DNA of 64,000 bases from Piromyces finnis finn (lineage: Eukaryota; Fungi; Neocallimastigomycota): positions 744,001 to 808,000 of the forward strand of contig MCFH01000005.1 in NCBI GenBank assembly GCA_002104945.1, in the 5' to 3' direction. Under the pieces are notes generated by a model, which worked only from the letters and a program-made list of their open reading frames with translations, searched no databases and was not told where the DNA came from. The translations under genes and the position numbers were made by a program. Every line of letters starts with the position of its first letter. Position 1 is the stretch's first letter. This document shows, piece after piece, positions 16,340-30,372 of this stretch.

Positions 16340-17912
16340 ATGAATGTTTTATATACCAATTCATCAAAACAAATTCATCAATTACAATTAGATTTTGAAA
16401 AATTGGAACAGGGTGAAGATACTTCAAGTGCAATTCAAGGTAAATTTTAATTGAATTTATACTTTTTAATTGTTTTTAATTTTATGATAAACAATTTTAA
16501 ATATGTATTGTTTCAATATATTTTTTTTTAAATTAATTAAAAGAATAAATAAAAGCAAATAACGATTATTTTTTAAAATGAATGAAATGTTTTTTATTTA
16601 ATTATTATAATGTTCTATGTACTATATCTAGAAATGTGATGATTTATCATATTTTCAATTTTTTAAATGTTAATTGTAATCAAATATAATAGAAAAAATA
16701 TATTAATAAAACAAATGATATTTTTATATTAATTTATAAATTTGTAATATGATATATTTAGGCCAAATTTCTGCAAGTTTAGGTGCCTTGAAAAAAGCGT
16801 CAGATGAACTTATGCAATTAGCTAAAAGGGAAATTACTGAAGAAAAAAGAGAAATAGCTTATCAGTAAATAATTATAAATATATTATTTTATTTTTATAA
16901 ATTTTCAAGTAAAAAAACCCTTATTAACACATACAAATTTAATATGCCTATTGTATATAATATTCATTATAATTTAATAATATTTAAACGAAACTTTCAT
17001 TTTATTTAATTTTATTATTATTTTTTTTTTTTTAAAAAAGACGTGCAGAAAAAATACAAAGAGAATACCAACTTCTTCAAGATTCTTTTAATAGATGGAA
17101 ACAGAAACAAGCTGCAAAAGTAAATATTAGTGTACATTAAAAAAATAATTATCTAAAATAAAAATGAATCATAACATTTTATATATTATTATTTGTATTT
17201 AAATAGAGAAATGAAGAACGAGAAAGAGAACTACTTCTTAGACGGCAAGATGTATATACAATAAATTTATATTAATATAAAATTTTCTAAATTAAATGTG
17301 TAATTTTTGATGCGTATAGAATATTTATTAAGTACTATCTTTATTTTTTTATATTATTATTTTTTAATTTTAATAAAATTTACAATAGGGTACTAGGTAT
17401 CAACAGGAACAAAATTCATATTTACCACCAATGGATTATTTTGATCATGAATCTAATGTTTTAAACAGAACTGGAAAGCAAATAGATGATTATATATCAA
17501 TGGGAAGAAGTGCATTAGAAGAATTATATACTCAAAAGAACATTTTAAAGGTATAAAAGTTAATAATATCCGAAATATGATTTTTTTTTAGACTAGGAAG
17601 AGAGGATTATTTTAATGTACTCATAAAAAACGAGTACCAATCCGAATATAATAATATATTAAAATAAAATTTTTCTAGCAAAGTTTATTATCTTTTTATT
17701 AAGCATAAATGCGTTTTAATTTAACATAATTTTTGTAAATAAAATAGGGAACTAGAACAAAAATGTTAGATATTGCTAATACATTGGGTGTATCACAAAC
17801 AGTAATTCGTTATATAGAAACCAGAACTACTCAAGATAAATGGATATTACTTGTGGGTATCATTATTACCATTATTTTAATGTGGTTAATAGTTCATTAT
17901 TTTGGAAAATGA
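16340..17912 (+). CDS. BOS1: ER-Golgi Qb-SNARE Bos1/membrin
   Basis: Multi-exon: MNVLYTNSSKQIHQLQLDFEKLE..; SNARE motif QIDDYISMGRSALEELYTQKNILK|GTRTKMLDIANTLGVSQTVIRYIETRTTQDKW; C-terminal TM ILLVGIIITIILMWLIV. Missed by the ORF track. Confidence 0.9.
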
Positions 17913-18497
17913 ACATTATTTATTAATATAAATAAAATATAATAAACAATTTTAATGTTTAAGTATTAAAAACTTTTTCAAAATTTAAATAATAAACACA
18001 GAATAAAAGACTTTATTATAAAACTTAATTTTGTTTTTCTTTTATTTAATATATAAAAACAATAAATAAAGATTTTTTTTATTTCAACAATTTTACACTT
18101 ATTTTAAAAATTTCCATTATTTATATCTACAATAAAACCTAATCTTAATTTTATATATATTAATAAAACATTTTCTATATTCTATATAAATATATATTTT
18201 ATTTTATATCCTCGCTTTTTGTTGTACATTTTCTCTCTTCATCCACTTTTCTATCACTTATAATTTTCCTCAGATATATCCAAATTATTCTATTAATTTC
18301 ATACAAGATAATATTGAAATATTCCCTGAAACTTTTTTATACTCTCTATAATTTTAAATTTTTATTATAAATTAATTTAAGATGCACACACATATACAAA
18401 TTATTTTTTCACCATATTTTATTATTTTGTAATGTATATTTTTTCCAATACAGTAATGAAATTGTATATATTGAATAATATATAGAACATAATAAAA

Positions 18498-19183
18498 TTA
18501 ACGGTAAGATTTCTATAATAATAGAATAATAATAAAAATAATATTTTATTAGTATCTATAATAATTTCACAAACTTTTAAAATATTTATATATATATTAT
18601 TATTCCTTACTTGGTACTTGGAACGAGCACCCTTTCCTCCGAACTTCTTTGGTTCACAACGACGTGGATCGGCAACAAGAAGAGAACGGTCGTACTTAAC
18701 AAGTAAATCCTTGATTTCCTTCTTAGAGGCTTCATCAACGAACTTTTGGTAGTAAGCAACAATAGCCTTAGCAATAGCTTGACGAATAGCTATATTTTAT
18801 AAAATATACATTTAATATTTCTACTATTTCTTATAGTTTTTATATTATTATTTAAAATTACCATAGATTTGAGAAGTGTGACCACCACCACGGACAGTAA
18901 CTCTGATATCAACGTTAGCGAATCTTTCCTTACCAACAATGAGGATTGGTTCGTAGATCTTGAACTTTAAGATATCTGGTTCAACAAGATCAATTGGAGA
19001 ACCATTGACCTTGAGAAGACCTTTACCAGTCTTACAGTAGGCAACAGCAGTGGCGGTTTTCTAATAATATAAAATTATAATTTTATTAATACTTTATTTA
19101 ATTCACTCTTAATACATAAATTTTAACTTTTAATATCATTATTTATTAATTACTTTGCGACCGTAAGTTTGAACGGCTTCCAT
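18498..19183 (-). CDS. RPS16: 40S ribosomal protein S16 (uS9)
   Basis: [10 protein letters not shown]|[36 protein letters not shown]|[61 protein letters not shown]|KSYR*. Four coding exons, with strong C/G-ending codon bias. Confidence 0.97.
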
Positions 19184-19510
19184 GATTGCTATCCTATATA
19201 ATTATTAATGGATGAATATACATAAAATATTAACATTAAATAATTTAATTAGTAACTTATTTTTAATTATTAATATAAATAAAAATTCATCGTACATAAC
19301 ATTAACACATAATAATGAACACTCTTGAAGAAACTTCAATAAAAACAAACAAAATTCATCATTTAAAACATAAAAACATCATTCATTAAACAAAAATTCA
19401 TATCCTACATACCAATATTTTTTATAATAGCGTTAAGAGGAAGTACTAAATCAGAAATTTTTAATGTTGTTTTTGTTACTTCAAAAAAAATTCTATGGCT
19501 TTGAAAAATA

Positions 19511-19525
19511 CCAATCAATGATTGG
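19511..19525. promoter_or_regulatory. Inverted pair of CCAAT boxes upstream of RPS16
   Basis: CCAATCA-A-TGATTGG is a perfect 7-bp inverted repeat about 100 bp upstream of the putative 5'-UTR intron donor at 19412. Confidence 0.4.
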
Positions 19526-19761
19526 ATAATATAGTTAACATTAATATAAATCAATAATTTATATTATTCAACAATATATTATAACTATATTATTAATATA
19601 TATTTATAATAAATATATTTATTATAAAATGTTACATTTGTAATAAATGTTTGATTATATATATATAATAATTTATTCTATATGAGATTTTTTAAGTCAA
19701 TAATTATTTAGGGTTATTGAATATATTAAGTGTTTTATTTATTTCTAAGTAGAGAAAAAAA

Positions 19762-20746
19762 TTAACTTTTATATATTGGTGGTCTATTTTCTTTATTTCT
19801 TTTCATTCTTAAAATTAACCACTCAATTGCTTCCTTAACACCTTTTCTATTAAATATATTAAACATATTTAGTATTAAAATACATTAAAATATAAAAAAT
19901 ATACTTATTGAATTAAATGAAGTTCATTTTAATACCCTGTTAAAGCTGATATTGGTAATACAGTGCTATCTCTCGCTCCTATATACATTGCTATTTTATT
20001 AAAGCTTTCTTTAATTTCTTCAACTTTTAATGCGTTTGGATTGTCTTGTTTATTTGCTAACATTAGTACAGGAACACCTTCAATAGTATCATCGGATATT
20101 ATATTTTCTAATAAAAAGTTGAATAAGTTAATGTGTTATTAATTTTTTTAGTTTTGATATTTTTATATTATAGTTCTTTAATATTTATTATGTTTGATTA
20201 AATCCTTATATTACCAAATGTTTGTTTACATTCTTCAATTCTTTCTACATCAACTGAATCAACAATAAATGCTATTCCATGACATTCATTGTAATATTCT
20301 TTCCATAATTTTTGTAATTCCTTTTGACCTCCTAAATCCCAAAAATTAATTTTTGAATTTTCATATTCAATTTTTCCAACTTTTTTATTACCATTATTAT
20401 ATAACAATATACTTTATTAATATTTAATTATGTAGAATATAAAATAAATTAATTGATCTTTTTCCTTCTTTTGAAAATAATATTTACCATTAAGACCGAC
20501 TGTTGGTGCAATTTTTTCTGGTGCTAAACCGGGTATACCAAGAAAAATTGATTTTATTTTTTCAAGAAATGTCTTTAAAATTTATATTATTTATTAAATA
20601 AATAATTGAAAGTATTATTACAAATGTATATATTATTAAAAATTATTTATTACTGTTTTTCCTGCATTATCTAAACCCAATATAATAATATAATATTCTT
20701 CTTTTTGAACAATATATTTATAAAGACCACTCAGTAAAGTATACAT
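19762..20746 (-). CDS. ARL3: ARF-like GTPase ARFRP1 / yeast Arl3 type
   Basis: MYTLLSGLYKY N-terminus; GLDNAGKT|T; PTVGLN; FWDLGGQKELQKLWKEYY; LANKQD; ISALTG. The MYTL..GLY start and WDLGGQ are characteristic of ARFRP1/Arl3p. Confidence 0.9.
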
Positions 20747-20883
20747 TTATTTTATAATTGATGTTATAATTTTTAGAGACTTTAAGAATAAACAAAAATT
20801 AATATATTTTTGATTTATTTATTATTTAGAATAATAATTAAAATAAATAATTAAAATAAATAATTAAAATAAATAAAATAAAA

Positions 20884-20888
<5 letters not shown>

Positions 20889-20950
<62 letters not shown>

Positions 20951-20955
20951 AAAAA

Positions 20956-20986
<31 letters not shown>

Positions 20987-20988
20987 AT
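20889..20988. repeat. (AAAT)n microsatellite
   Basis: About 100 bp tetranucleotide run with one interruption. Confidence 0.9.
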
Positions 20989-21147
20989 TGATCCAATATT
21001 ATTTAATATTAATATATTTTTAATTTTCAAATTTTTATATGAAAATTTCAGATGCGAAATTTGTTACAACGTTCAAAATAAAAATATATTATTTTACAAT
21101 TTCTTACATTATGATTTTCTTAGTTATATTAGAAAATTTATCATATC

Positions 21148-21323
<176 letters not shown>

Positions 21324-21543
21324 TCCTAACTAGTATTTTTAATATTAATATTTTCTTTTTATTTTATTTATTTATTACTACTATTATTAAAAATAGTCTT
21401 TATTCTTTTTCTCAATAACATATTATATATTTTTTCTTTTGATTTTTTTTTATAATAGATAACCATTTTTGTTTATATTTTAATTTAATCAATTTCTGTA
21501 ATAATGATTTTTAAATAACATTATAAGAAGTGACAAAATAAAA

Positions 21544-22931
21544 TTATTGTTGTTTTTTGAGGCTGTTCTTTTTGTAAAATTTATCAACAACATTATCAGC
21601 GTCTCTAATAAAAACTTCATCAACAATAGCACTAATTGGAGAAGCCAAAACCTCAAATACAACATTAGTTCTCTTATTGAAACCTTGACTAGAATTTCTA
21701 AGCATTTCGCTAACAACATCATTAGTAATGTAATATCTTTCTCTAAGGGCACCCATAATCATACATCTAGCACATTCATCTGGATGGAGTGCTTTACTTG
21801 GTCCTTCAATTTCAAAAGTACAAGCTGGTTTTACTTTATTTTCATTTTCGAACATTGGACTATTGAAATATTATTAAATTTGCATTAATATATATTTTAA
21901 AAACATTATATATTTTTATTTCCTATTATATACATACGTATCCATGTTTCCAGGTAAATATAAATGAATCTTAGTCTTAAATGGAATTAATTCGTTACGA
22001 AGACCATCAACAAAACCTCTTAAACCATATTTAGAAGCACAATAACCAATGTAACCGGAGAATGAAACAGTAGCTAAGACAGAAGCAACATATATTATTC
22101 TTTCTGGGAATTCCATTTTTAATTTCTGACTTGCAGAAAAAAGAGCTTCAGTAAATCTAATACTACCAAGTAAATTGCTGTTAATTAAGTTTTCCATTAT
22201 AGTTTCTTTACCGGCCATTGTTGATTCAGCATCTTGAATTGCTTGATTTAAAAATTCTCCTGGAGCAGAACAACCTTTTCATAATTATAATTATAAATGT
22301 ATTTAACATCGAATAACATATGAAAAAAAAAAGATAGTATAATTAATATAAAATAACATTTAAAACAAAAGAGAAAACAAAAAAGATAACTAATTTCTAT
22401 AACTTTATGTAACTTATATTTTAATATATCGTTATTATTATTATTTTGAATAGAAATATAATAATAAAAATATAGTTTTTTACCATGACTCATAATAACC
22501 CAATCAATTCCATTATATTTAGTTAAAATACTTGGGACTTCCATGAAGATTTTTTCTCTATCCTTTAAATCTAATTTGTAGGCTTCTATTATTTGATTTT
22601 CTGGATCTTTAGCACAATTTTTAACTTCTTCAACAGCGTAATCAAGACGTGATTTACCATTAGAATCACTATCTTGTCCACGAGCAATTAAAATAACATT
22701 AGCACCATATTGAGCTAAGAGTTTAGCAGTACTTTTACCTAAACCACTTGAAGCACCTGTGACTATAATTTTTTTTCCTTCAACATTTTTTGAAATAAGT
22801 GTTGGAGAAAACTTTCTACTAATAATGAAGAAAATAAAAATTAAGCCATAAGAAATACCACAAATAAGTAAAGGAATTAAAATTAATAAAATATAAAATC
22901 TAAAATCAGTTAATTGATTTTCAAACCACAT
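21544..22931 (-). CDS. TSC10: 3-ketodihydrosphingosine reductase (short-chain dehydrogenase/reductase)
   Basis: N-terminal hydrophobic anchor; IIVTGASSGLGKSTAKLL (SDR NAD(P) motif); IIYVASV; GYIGYCASKYGLRGFVDGLRNEL (YxxxK); YLPGNMDT. Three exons. Assignment to KDSR/TSC10 within the SDR family rests on these motifs. Confidence 0.8.
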
Positions 22932-25038
22932 TATTGTAATTTTGAAAGTTTATAATTTTAAATATTTATTTTTTTAAATATAAATTAGTTGTGGAGCTAT
23001 TGTTATTATTATAAGTTATTTTAAATAAAATGAAAATAAATAAATAAAAATAAATATCACAAACGATCTTTTATTATAATCATTTCTTTAATTAAAAAAC
23101 GTAACTAATGATTTTCACATGTCAACATTAATTTACGATATATTATAGATTTTTAATTAATTTTTAATTAATCAAAAGATTAAGTATTAAAATATTTCAA
23201 TAACCCTTTTTTTATATAATTGTAATATAAATTTTTTATATATATTCATAATATCTTAAATATTTTATTATTGATATAGAATAATAATAAATAGTAAATT
23301 CCCGAAAATATGGACATATCTAATTTTTTTTCTATTTTTTCTTCATAAATGTTCTTTAATTCTGTCAAATTAATTAAAACAGTTAATTTAATTTATTATA
23401 AATTTTTAATTTTATAATAGTAAGTTAATATAAAATGATTTGCCTAAAAAAAAAATTAAAAGCTTTATTTTTAATAACCTATTCTTAGAAAGTAAGATAA
23501 ACATGGCTTTTTGTGATTATAAAGATATTTAACATTTTTGTTAAAGATCCCAAAGCTGATTTAAGAATTTTTAATTTTAATATTTGATGTTTTACTCTAA
23601 TAGAAATTATAAATGCAGAGCCATCAATAATAATACCGTTGGAAGAAAGAATCCTCTTACAATTCTTAAAGTTGAGAAAGGGGAAATAATTAAAATATTG
23701 GATTTAGTAAAAGTTTTATTCAAACTTTTTATGATATCTGAAGGCCACATCCTGCTCCTCCAAAAATGAGAACTTAAATTGCTCCTAATATTTGAATTAA
23801 AATACTATTAATATATATATCCTCATTTTTTATTTTATAAATTAAATTAGCCAACTTCATGTTTTTAAAAGTAGTTTAATTATTTATTATAATTGAAAAA
23901 TCATTTTTATATACTTAAAAAAAATATAATTAATAATATTTATGATTTTATATTTGAATTATTGAAATATTGAAATAATTAATTTTAATTGTAAAAACAA
24001 TAAAAGTCTATCAGTATATATATTTAAATATATTATATATAAAGAGAAATAAATATTTTAAACAATAATTTTATAATATATAGTAAGTTATTAATGATTA
24101 TATTAGGTACTCTTTTTTTATCAGAAAGATGGTAAAAAAAAAAATAAATACCATTGTAGAAGAATAGAAGAATATCAATATATATTAATTCGCATATTAA
24201 ATTTTTAAATGAAAAATTAATATAATAAAAAAGTAAAATCTAAAAAAAAAAATTTTTATATGAAATTATTTTTTTTATAAATCTCATATTTTTAAAATAG
24301 GTAATTGTTTCTTTTTCTTTTTCTTTTATGAAATAGTAGTTTTTTGAATATTCATTTGCAATATTATTATTTTTTATTAGGTAATATATAAAATATATGA
24401 ATATAAAAGATAGAGCTATTATAATTTATTTCTTTTTAAGTATAAAATGTAAACTACATTTATAATCATTTATAAATGATTATAATTTTATTTTTATACA
24501 TTATATTTAAAGTATAAAGATAAAATAAATTATAATTAATTATAATAATAAAAATATATATTAAGATTAATAAAAAAAATAAGTCAACTAAAAAAAACAT
24601 ATTATGTTCATTATTATAATAAATAAGTATTGAAGAAAATAAAATATTCCATAAATTATAAATTATTATTAAAAAAAAAAAAAAAAAAAAAATTTAAATA
24701 TTAATTGATAAACCTTATACTAATTCTAAATAATGATATAACAATATTATTTTATACTTTATTTTTTTTTATATAATTATAGGTTGATGTAAAGAGCTAT
24801 AATCAATTTAGTTTAATCAATAATTATTAATTTTAATGTTTTTATACAAATAATGTCTTCAATAAATTTGAAATGAATTTGTATTATTAAAAAAGTAAAA
24901 AAAAAAGAAAAAAATAATTTATTTACTTAAGAGTAAAAAAAAAAAAAAAAAAAGGGACTAAATATCTATCATTTATAATTCATTTATAATATGGCTATAT
25001 AATATAAATAAAGCACTTTTAATCTTTTTTTCTTTTTA

Positions 25039-25078
<40 letters not shown>

Positions 25079-25392
25079 GAATAGAGAATTATAATTATTA
25101 TCATTTATTAAAATTAAATTAAAGAATAGTTTAATTGTAAAATTAAGAATACAATTTTTATTTAAATTATAAATTACTTTTTATTATTATTATTATTATT
25201 ATTATTTAATTATATTCTATCATATCATTTAAATTCCCCCTTTTTTTTTATAGTATTATAAAATCAATTTTGAAATTGTATTATTAAATATAAAAGAGGT
25301 AATAACAACAATATATAAAATGAAATAATTATTTATATTGTAATTATTAATTTATATTTAAAAAAGATTTTATATTAATTTAATTTTTAATA

Positions 25393-26876
25393 ATGAGTTC
25401 CGAAATAAAACAAGATAAAAATATACTAACTGTGACAGTTAAAAGAATTGTAAGTTCTTTTTCTTTTTAGAATTTATATCAAAATATATAATACTTGATT
25501 TAATATAGTATATATATCAATACATCAAAATATTCATATATTTAAATTTCCATTGAAAAAATAAAAAAATAAAAAACGAAAAAATAAATTTTAGAAATCA
25601 GATCCTCGAAAGAAAATTGAATGGTATGAATTAGCAGGTCATAGAAATAGAAAATTAATAAAAAATTTTTCACCAGTTGTTTTCGAGGTAATTTTTAAAT
25701 ATATATTTTATCATAAACTGATAATTTAATACTGAGATATATTAAATTAATATAATAATGAATTCTTATAATCATAATAAATAAGGATGAAAATATAATA
25801 CCTACGTTATTATTTAGGAATTTACCAGATGCATATTCAAGCAATGAACTATATAATTTATGTAATGAATTTGGTCCGATAGAGTCATATAAATATGAGT
25901 CTTTATGTAATATTGGATCAATAACTTATAATATAAGTAGCAGAAATGGAAAAGTACCAAGAAATGCACTTTTAACATTGACTGGCTCATTAGTAAAAGA
26001 TAAATACATAAAAGTAGAGTTTGATAGAAATGGTAATTACTTCTTTTATATAAATAATATATAAATATAAAAAAAATTAATAAATGAAGTTTTAATTATT
26101 ATAAAATATATCATAAAAAGAATCAAAGTTTAAAGAAATTGTTGAAAAAAAGAAAGAAGAAATAGGGAAACAAAAAGAAATCGAAGATAAAAGAAAGAAT
26201 GAAAATAAAAAAAAGAGTGAAGAAGGAAATAAATCAATAAGATCTTTATTACAAGGAAATGATGAAAAGCAAATGAAAAATGATAAATATAAGACATATC
26301 CTAAAATCCAAGATTACAATGATAATAAGATTGATTATAGTAAAAAACATAATAGACATAGGAATTCATGGAATGAAGAAGGAAATCATAAGCAAACAAA
26401 TAATGCAAAGTTTAATATGAATGATAGGGATAATAATGATCGGTATTATTATAAAAACGAAAGAAAAAGTGATAAAGGAATATACGGAAAAGATAAGATA
26501 GATAAGATGCAAGCTGCTGATCGATTAAAACAAATTGAGATTGAAAAGGCTAAATTGCAAAAAATAATTAATGAAAAGGAAGCATTGATAAAGAAAAATG
26601 AACAAAATGACAATAATAATGTGTCAAAAGTCAAAAAAGAGATTAAACCCGAAAAGTTTACAGGTTTGAATATTACTTCTAAAAGAGCATATTGTTATAC
26701 TAAAAGATGATTATAAGTTTATAATATTAAAAAATTAATATGAAAATATTATTATTTAGATTCCAAGGAATTGGCAGTGGAACATAAAGAAAAAGAATCG
26801 AATAAATCAAATAATGGAATTGAAAGTTTGTTTTAATTATATATATTGTTTTCAAAAAGTTATATTCTAACATGTA

Positions 26877-26930
<54 letters not shown>

Positions 26931-29528
26931 CATTATTATTAAAATCATATGGAATTAAAATAGAAAATACTAATAGTACTAATTCCAAAGAAGATTTAAT
27001 TGAGTACACTCAAACAGTATTAATAGAGGAGTTAAGAAAAGCATTTATAAAAGATTTGAAAATAAGAGTTATAGGTCAAATTATTCATAATTGCTTGATA
27101 TCAGAGTATAGTAAATCTGAAAGCGTATTACCAATTGATTCTAATAAAAATAATAACGATGGTAACAATAATGATAATAATAATTTAGTATCAAAAAATG
27201 AGGTTGCAAAAAAAGATCTAACAAAACAAAAAGAAAATAATGATTCCTTAAACGATGATGGGGATTCAAAAAATAAAAATATATTAGATGATAAATATAA
27301 TAATAACAACAATATAATATATAATAGTGGAATGATAAGTTTTTTAAATAGTACAAAAATTAAGAAAAAAAAGTTACCATCATTTAAAAAGAATATAATA
27401 TCGGATGATAAGAATAGCTCACAGGAGAGATATAGGCAATCTTCACATCGAACATCTAAAAAATCTAAGAGAATAATTAAAAAGCGTAGTATTGATTTTA
27501 CAGATTCTAGTGATGAAGATCCTACCATGGATAATGTATCCATATCTTCTTTAGAATCCAATTCAGAACCTGACAAGAATAATGAAAATACTGATTCATT
27601 AGATTTAGTATTATCAGAAGAAAATCAAGATTCTGATAGTTTCTATGATGAAGTTATAAGAGGAAGGTCAAAGCAAAGAAAAGAAAGATTAAAAAAAAGA
27701 AACTCAAGATCTAAAGCTTATTCTTCATCAAGATCTCGATCTAATTCCATTTCATATTCCCCATTTAGATCAAAATCCAAGAATTCATATACAAAAGATG
27801 TTAAAGATACTGAAATAGATAATGATAAAGATATAAAAAAGAAAGATTTTATGGATATTGATAATACTGAATTAACTGATACTGATGAAGAAACAAATAA
27901 TAAATTGCTAACTGACACAGAGAGTGAAGAAGAAGTTCATTTAGGTACAACCTTTAAACGTGAAACTATAGATTATACATCATCATCATCATCAGACTTT
28001 GATGGAAGTGTACGTCATAAAAGAAAAGGTAGTAAACAAAAAGGAAGTAAGAAAGATATAAAAGGAAAAAGTGATAAGAATAAGCCAAATAGAAATAATT
28101 TAAAGAGAAAAAAATTGGATGATGAATACGAAAAAAGTGCTGATGAAAATGAGAGTTCATCCAAATTAAGTATTAAAAAACAAAATAGATTGAAGAAGAA
28201 AAGAAATATATATGACGATGAAGAGATTTTAAGTCAACAAGAAAGAGAATTTGAAATGAAACATGAGTTTGATTTTGAGTCAAAATCTAGTATTAATGAT
28301 TTAAGAAAAAATATTTATGAAAAGAAAATAAATCGCAGATCACGTCAAAATAGTGTATCAAGCTTTAGGGATGAAGGTAAAGATATTATCTTTAAAAATA
28401 TTAAATGATCTTATTTCTTATATATCTTATTTTTAATGTTTCCATTTTACAATTTTTTTTCTTTTTTTCTTTTTTTTTTTTTTATTTTTTAAATTCTATT
28501 TATAACTTAATTTAAATATAATAATTAGAATCGACATTTTCTGAAGATTCTAGTAGAGAAGTTGGTAATGTTACAAGTATTTCTTTAGAAGATACAAAAA
28601 AATATTTTATTAATGAAAGTGGTTGTGCTAGAACGGAACAGTACCAAAAAATACCGGATCATGTAAAGAATTCATATTTATTACAAAAACGAGAGAATAA
28701 AAATCATGCTTCTAAAATTTCATCAAGAACGAATAGAATACACTGGAGAAAGTTAAATATAGAATTGGATTATCAGAAGAAAGCATTACCAGTACATTCA
28801 GGACATGCTGATGTTTCCGATATTCTTAAATTTAATCAATTAAAAGCACGTAAAAAAGAATTAAAATTTGCAAAGTCAGCTATTCATGATTGGGGATTAT
28901 TTGCTATGGAAAGAATTGATGCTAATGATATGGTTATTGAATATATAGGTGAAATTATAAGACAAAAAATTGCAGATCATCGTGAAAAACAGTATGAACG
29001 TATGGGTATTGGTAGTAGTTATTTATTTAGGATTGATGATGATACCATTATTGATGCTACAAAAAAAGGAAATTTAGCTCGATTTATAAATCATTGTTGT
29101 GATGTAAATATAAATATAAATATAAATATAAATATAAATATGCATATACATACAAAGATTATTATTATATTATTTAATTAATAAAAATATTTTTAAAAAA
29201 TAAAAATCGATTTATTTATTACAGCCAAATTGTAATGCTAAAATTATTACAGTAGATGGTCATAAAAAAATTGTTATATATGCAAAAAGAGATATTGAGG
29301 AAGGAGAAGAAATTACATATGATTATAGTAAGTATTTTTTTTTTTTTTAACATTCTTATCTGTACAGTTAAAAAAAGTAAAATTATAATTATTTATAATT
29401 GAATTGTTAGTAATATTATATTTATTATTTATTTATTTATTTATCATTACTTAAAAGAATTCCCAATTGAAGTTGATAAGATACCCTGTCTTTGTGGTGC
29501 TAAAAACTGCAGAGGATCTTTAAATTAA
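25393..29528 (+). CDS. SET1: Histone H3K4 methyltransferase Set1 (COMPASS)
   Basis: N-terminal RRM ([27 protein letters not shown]); long charged low-complexity middle; Win motif GCARTE; n-[57 protein letters not shown]|[11 protein letters not shown]|KFPIE; post-[16 protein letters not shown]. Confidence 0.93.
26879..26930. repeat. (TTA)n microsatellite in a SET1 intron
   Basis: Lies in the intron at about 26827-26963; gives the poly-Leu start of ORF 26846-28408 and the poly-Ile ORF 26727-26948. Confidence 0.9.
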
Positions 29529-30372
29529 ATATACAATTTTATATCAATTATTATTTTTTTTATTTTAAGAAGAATGGAATTTAATAATTACCCTATTAAA
29601 TTAATAATTTATTTATCGTTTATTTATTGTATTAAAGCAAAGTAAAAATAAAATAATATAAAAACACAAATAATTTTTTTTTTAAAAATGTGAGAAATAT
29701 TATAGTCTTATATATATAGAATAAAGTAACTATAACTGATGAACAATATATTATATATAATATAAAATAGTAAATATATCATTCTTTAAAATATCAATTT
29801 AAAATAAAAATACAATAAATTAAAACAAAAATAAAAACAAATACAAATAAACAAAATAAAAGAAGTTATTTTATTGATTATAAATAATCATTTTTGTCTT
29901 ATTTTTAGTATTAGTTTAAAGTTTTTATAACTCTTTTATTATTAATTTAATTATATAAATCCCTAACGCATCATTCTTTAACTAATATAATTAATGCTTT
30001 ATTGTTTTGCAATAGTTAATTTTATTTCTAATTTTATTTAGCCAGCATTATAATGCAAATATTTTTATAAAATTTATTAAATCTATATATTTTATTAGTA
30101 AATTCCACTCGCTTTATTTATTTGTTTAGTTTTCCATCAAAAAAAAAAAAAAAAAGAAAGAAAAAAAAAAAAGAATATTATATATATAAATATAAATAAA
30201 ATAGTACAAATCATAATGTGAAAATGAAATTTGGATTAACTTTTTTAATAATCCAATGTTCTTTTTTATAAAAAAATATTAATGATGTAATCTTAATAGC
30301 ATTTTATTTTAATAAAATATTTTATGTTACTTATGTATAAATTATATGATTAAAAATCTTATAGTATTTTTA

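Noticed and set aside
18205-18360. Purine-rich (minus strand) segment downstream of RPS16
   Set aside because: Stops in all frames and no recognisable RNA motif pair; most simply 3'-UTR or intergenic.
19356-19362. Box C-like ATGATGA in the RPS16 leader intron (possible C/D snoRNA)
   Set aside because: No CTGA D box downstream within the intron.
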